Source of the DNA: Squalus acanthias
Taxonomy: Eukaryota
Assembly (NCBI GenBank): GCA_030390025.1
Contig: CM059431.1
Coordinates: 121,894,001 to 121,958,000, forward strand
DNA length: 64,000 nt
Direction: 5' to 3'
Part shown: positions 61,600 through 64,000 of the stretch, piece after piece
Position numbering within the stretch: position 1 is the stretch's first letter
Layout of the letters: each line of letters opens with the position of its first letter
The notes under the pieces: generated by a model
What the model saw: the letters and a program-made list of their open reading frames with translations, nothing else
What the model was told of the DNA's origin: nothing
The model's database searches: none
Program-made: the position numbers and the translations under genes

Positions 61600-64000
61600 T
61601 GTGGGCAATTTTAACCTAATTCGCCAGGTGGAAACCCATGGGATCAGGTGTAACTGTCCATTGACTTCAAGCCCCGGGCTTCCTGGAACTCACCAGTGAA
61701 AGCAAGGAGAGAGCACAGCGGCAATTGAGGGGGCTGAATTAATCTCAGGGAAATATGCCAATAAATGCTCCTACGGCCCCGATCCTCCTCCAGCCCCCCA
61801 ACCAACTGCCATGCGATCCCACCCTCCCTCCTCTCTGCAGCCTATTGCTGCACGATTCCCAGGCAGCTGCCATGATGCTTCCATCCTGCGGCAGTCCAAC
61901 CTCCCTGACCTCTTTGCACCTGGAAGCAGAGTTACCGGCTGGCTGCTAGGAGACAAGGGTTGCCCACTTAAAGTGTGGGTGATGACACCCTTCAGAAACT
62001 TGAGGAATGAGTCCCAGGAGTGATAAAACAAATGCCATATCGCCACCAGATGAGTCATTAATCAAGCCATTGGCATGCTGAAGATGCACTTCACGTGCCT
62101 GGACAGATCTAGAGGCGCACTTCAGTACGTGCCAGCTAGGGTCTCCAGAATGGTCGTGGTGTGCTGTGCAGCGCGGTTTGGACCTGCAGGAGGAGCAAGG
62201 CACAGAGCCTTTTTGGAGGATTCCGAGGAGGAGGAGGAGGAAGACATGGAGGAGGAAGGTGATGCGAGCAATGCACCAGCAGCTGCACACATTGCTGCCT
62301 GTGATGCCCAGTATGCCCTGATTATTGCAGGACACTAGGCAGCATGTTGGGTACTGATTGAGGGTGGCGGGGTGGGGCGGGGGGCGGGGGGGGGGGTGGT
62401 GGTCAATGGGTGAGGTGGAAGTGTTTTGAATGGAGTCCCCACTTCCATGTCCCCTTTCACCATCATCCCTCACATGGCCCAACCGCACTTCACTGCTACC
62501 ACTGTGCTGGAGAGCACTTTGCTGCAGATGAGTGGGGTGCTGTATGTCAAGATAGGGTATTGGTCATCCTATATAAAGTGGCATCCAAATCTCCAAGCTC
62601 TTGTTCAAGGCCTGCATACACTCGTTTGATTGCCGCATTTGATGCTCCGTGCAGTTGCCCACTCTATTGATGGACGAAGGCATCATTGCACTGGCCTGTT
62701 ACAGGAACCCACTCATGCTTGAAGCGGACTCCTCCAATCTCCCTGCAATAGTAGACAATATGCTTGGAACGCCTGTCAGTACATCGTACATTCCCTGCTG
62801 CTGTTCAATGATTACTTGCTTCATCGATGGCTCCGGGAAACAGCATCTGTGTCCAGCTGAGCAGAGTGTGGAGAAGCCTGTGCCCTCTGACACGGACTCT
62901 CCACTGCTGTTGCTGACTGCACCATCTGTTCTTGCTCACTTGAGAAGTGTGAGTCACCAAGTGAAAACACAAGTATCTCTCTAACTAGTCCCACCGAAGT
63001 ACGAGTATCTGAGTTGGTGCATGGTGTGCATGAGTCCTGTGACAGCGCACCCTCAGAGGGATTGAGCTCCTCTGTGGAATCATTGGTGACCTCCACCAAC
63101 TCCTGTTGCACGTGTAAGGGCCCTGTGGGAGAAAAAAAGACATGAATGAGTACTGTCATGCTGAGAATATTGGAAGTTATCATTATGAAAAGGAGTGTGA
63201 TGGAATACTCTCCACTTGCCTGGATGAGTCCAGCTCCAATAACATTCAAGAAGCTCAACACCATCCAGGACAAAGTAGCCCGCTTGATTGGCACCCCATC
63301 CACCACCTTAAACATTCACTCCCTCCACCATCGGCGTATCATGGCTACAGAGTGTACCATCTACAAGATGCACTGCAGCAACTCGCCAAGGCTTCTTCGA
63401 CAGCATCTCCCAAACCCACGACCTCTACCACCTAGAAGGACAAGGGCAGCAGGCACATGGGTACACTACCACCACCAAGTTCCCCTCCAAGTCACACACC
63501 ATCCTGTCTTGGAAATATATCGCCGTTCCTTCATTGTCGCTGGGTCAAAATCCTGAACTCCCTCCCTAACAGCACTATGGGAGTACCTTCACCATACGGA
63601 CTACAGTGGTTCAAGAAGGCGGCTCACCACCACCTTCTCAAGGGCAATTAAGGATTGGGAAATAAATGCTGGCCTTGCCAGTGATGCCCACATTCCATTA
63701 ATGAATTAAAAAAACATGATCATACTTCACTCGCTGTTGACATCAAGTCAATATGACTGAGTGATGTATGACATGTGGCTGCCTGATATTTAATTCTGTT
63801 AGCTGATAGCTGGGAAAGCCCCATTTAAAATGGCCAGGCACGGCGAGACTCTGCTGATCTAAAGCGTCTCCTCCTCTGCACTTATGAGTTGTGAGATCTG
63901 TGGAGGGAAAGAAGAGATCTTTGAGTGAGAGTAATGACATGTGTTCAACCGATGGATGGGGTGCATTTGGTGAGGATGACTTTGAGGGAGAGGCATGCAA
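61600..64000. mobile_element. Another Harbinger relic (transposase C-terminus on +, Myb exon 3 on -), probably running off the window
   Basis: FPGSCHDASILRQS..WLLGDKGCPL, LKMHFTCLDRSRGALQY, acidic tail; 62620-63125 on - is homologous to 13493-14508. Confidence 0.8.
63190..63714 (+). mobile_element. 3' fragment of the tRNA-headed LINE family inserted in a Harbinger intron
   Basis: RSVMEYSPLAWMS..IQDKVARLIG..IYKMHCSNSPRLLRQHLP; aataaatgctggcc followed by an A tail. Confidence 0.9.

Overview
Eukaryotic, repeat-dominated DNA, most likely from a shark or other cartilaginous fish (HE1-like V-SINE, SacSINE1/Deu-like SINE, shark-type CR1 and Penelope repeats). No host protein-coding gene is convincingly identifiable, so the window reads as a large intron or intergenic region; a possible exon ends at base 21. 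Most recognisable sequence is transposon-derived: many CR1 fragments plus one young near-intact CR1 (esterase ORF1, EN-RT ORF2, 76-bp 5' monomers), a complete two-gene Harbinger/PIF element and several Harbinger relics and MITEs, three 1.6-1.7 kb solo LTRs of one family, Penelope ends with minimal hammerhead ribozyme motifs, L2, an RTE with a 5' inversion, and a Gypsy gag/pol relic. The most unusual object is a ~3.2 kb single-ORF LINE (36993-45420, minus strand, split by two CR1 insertions). It starts with a tRNA-derived A/B-box head, lacks ORF1, and its sense strand has almost no T4 Pol III terminators, making it a candidate Pol III-transcribed autonomous retrotransposon. All calls were made by eye; family names come from motif recognition, not database searches.
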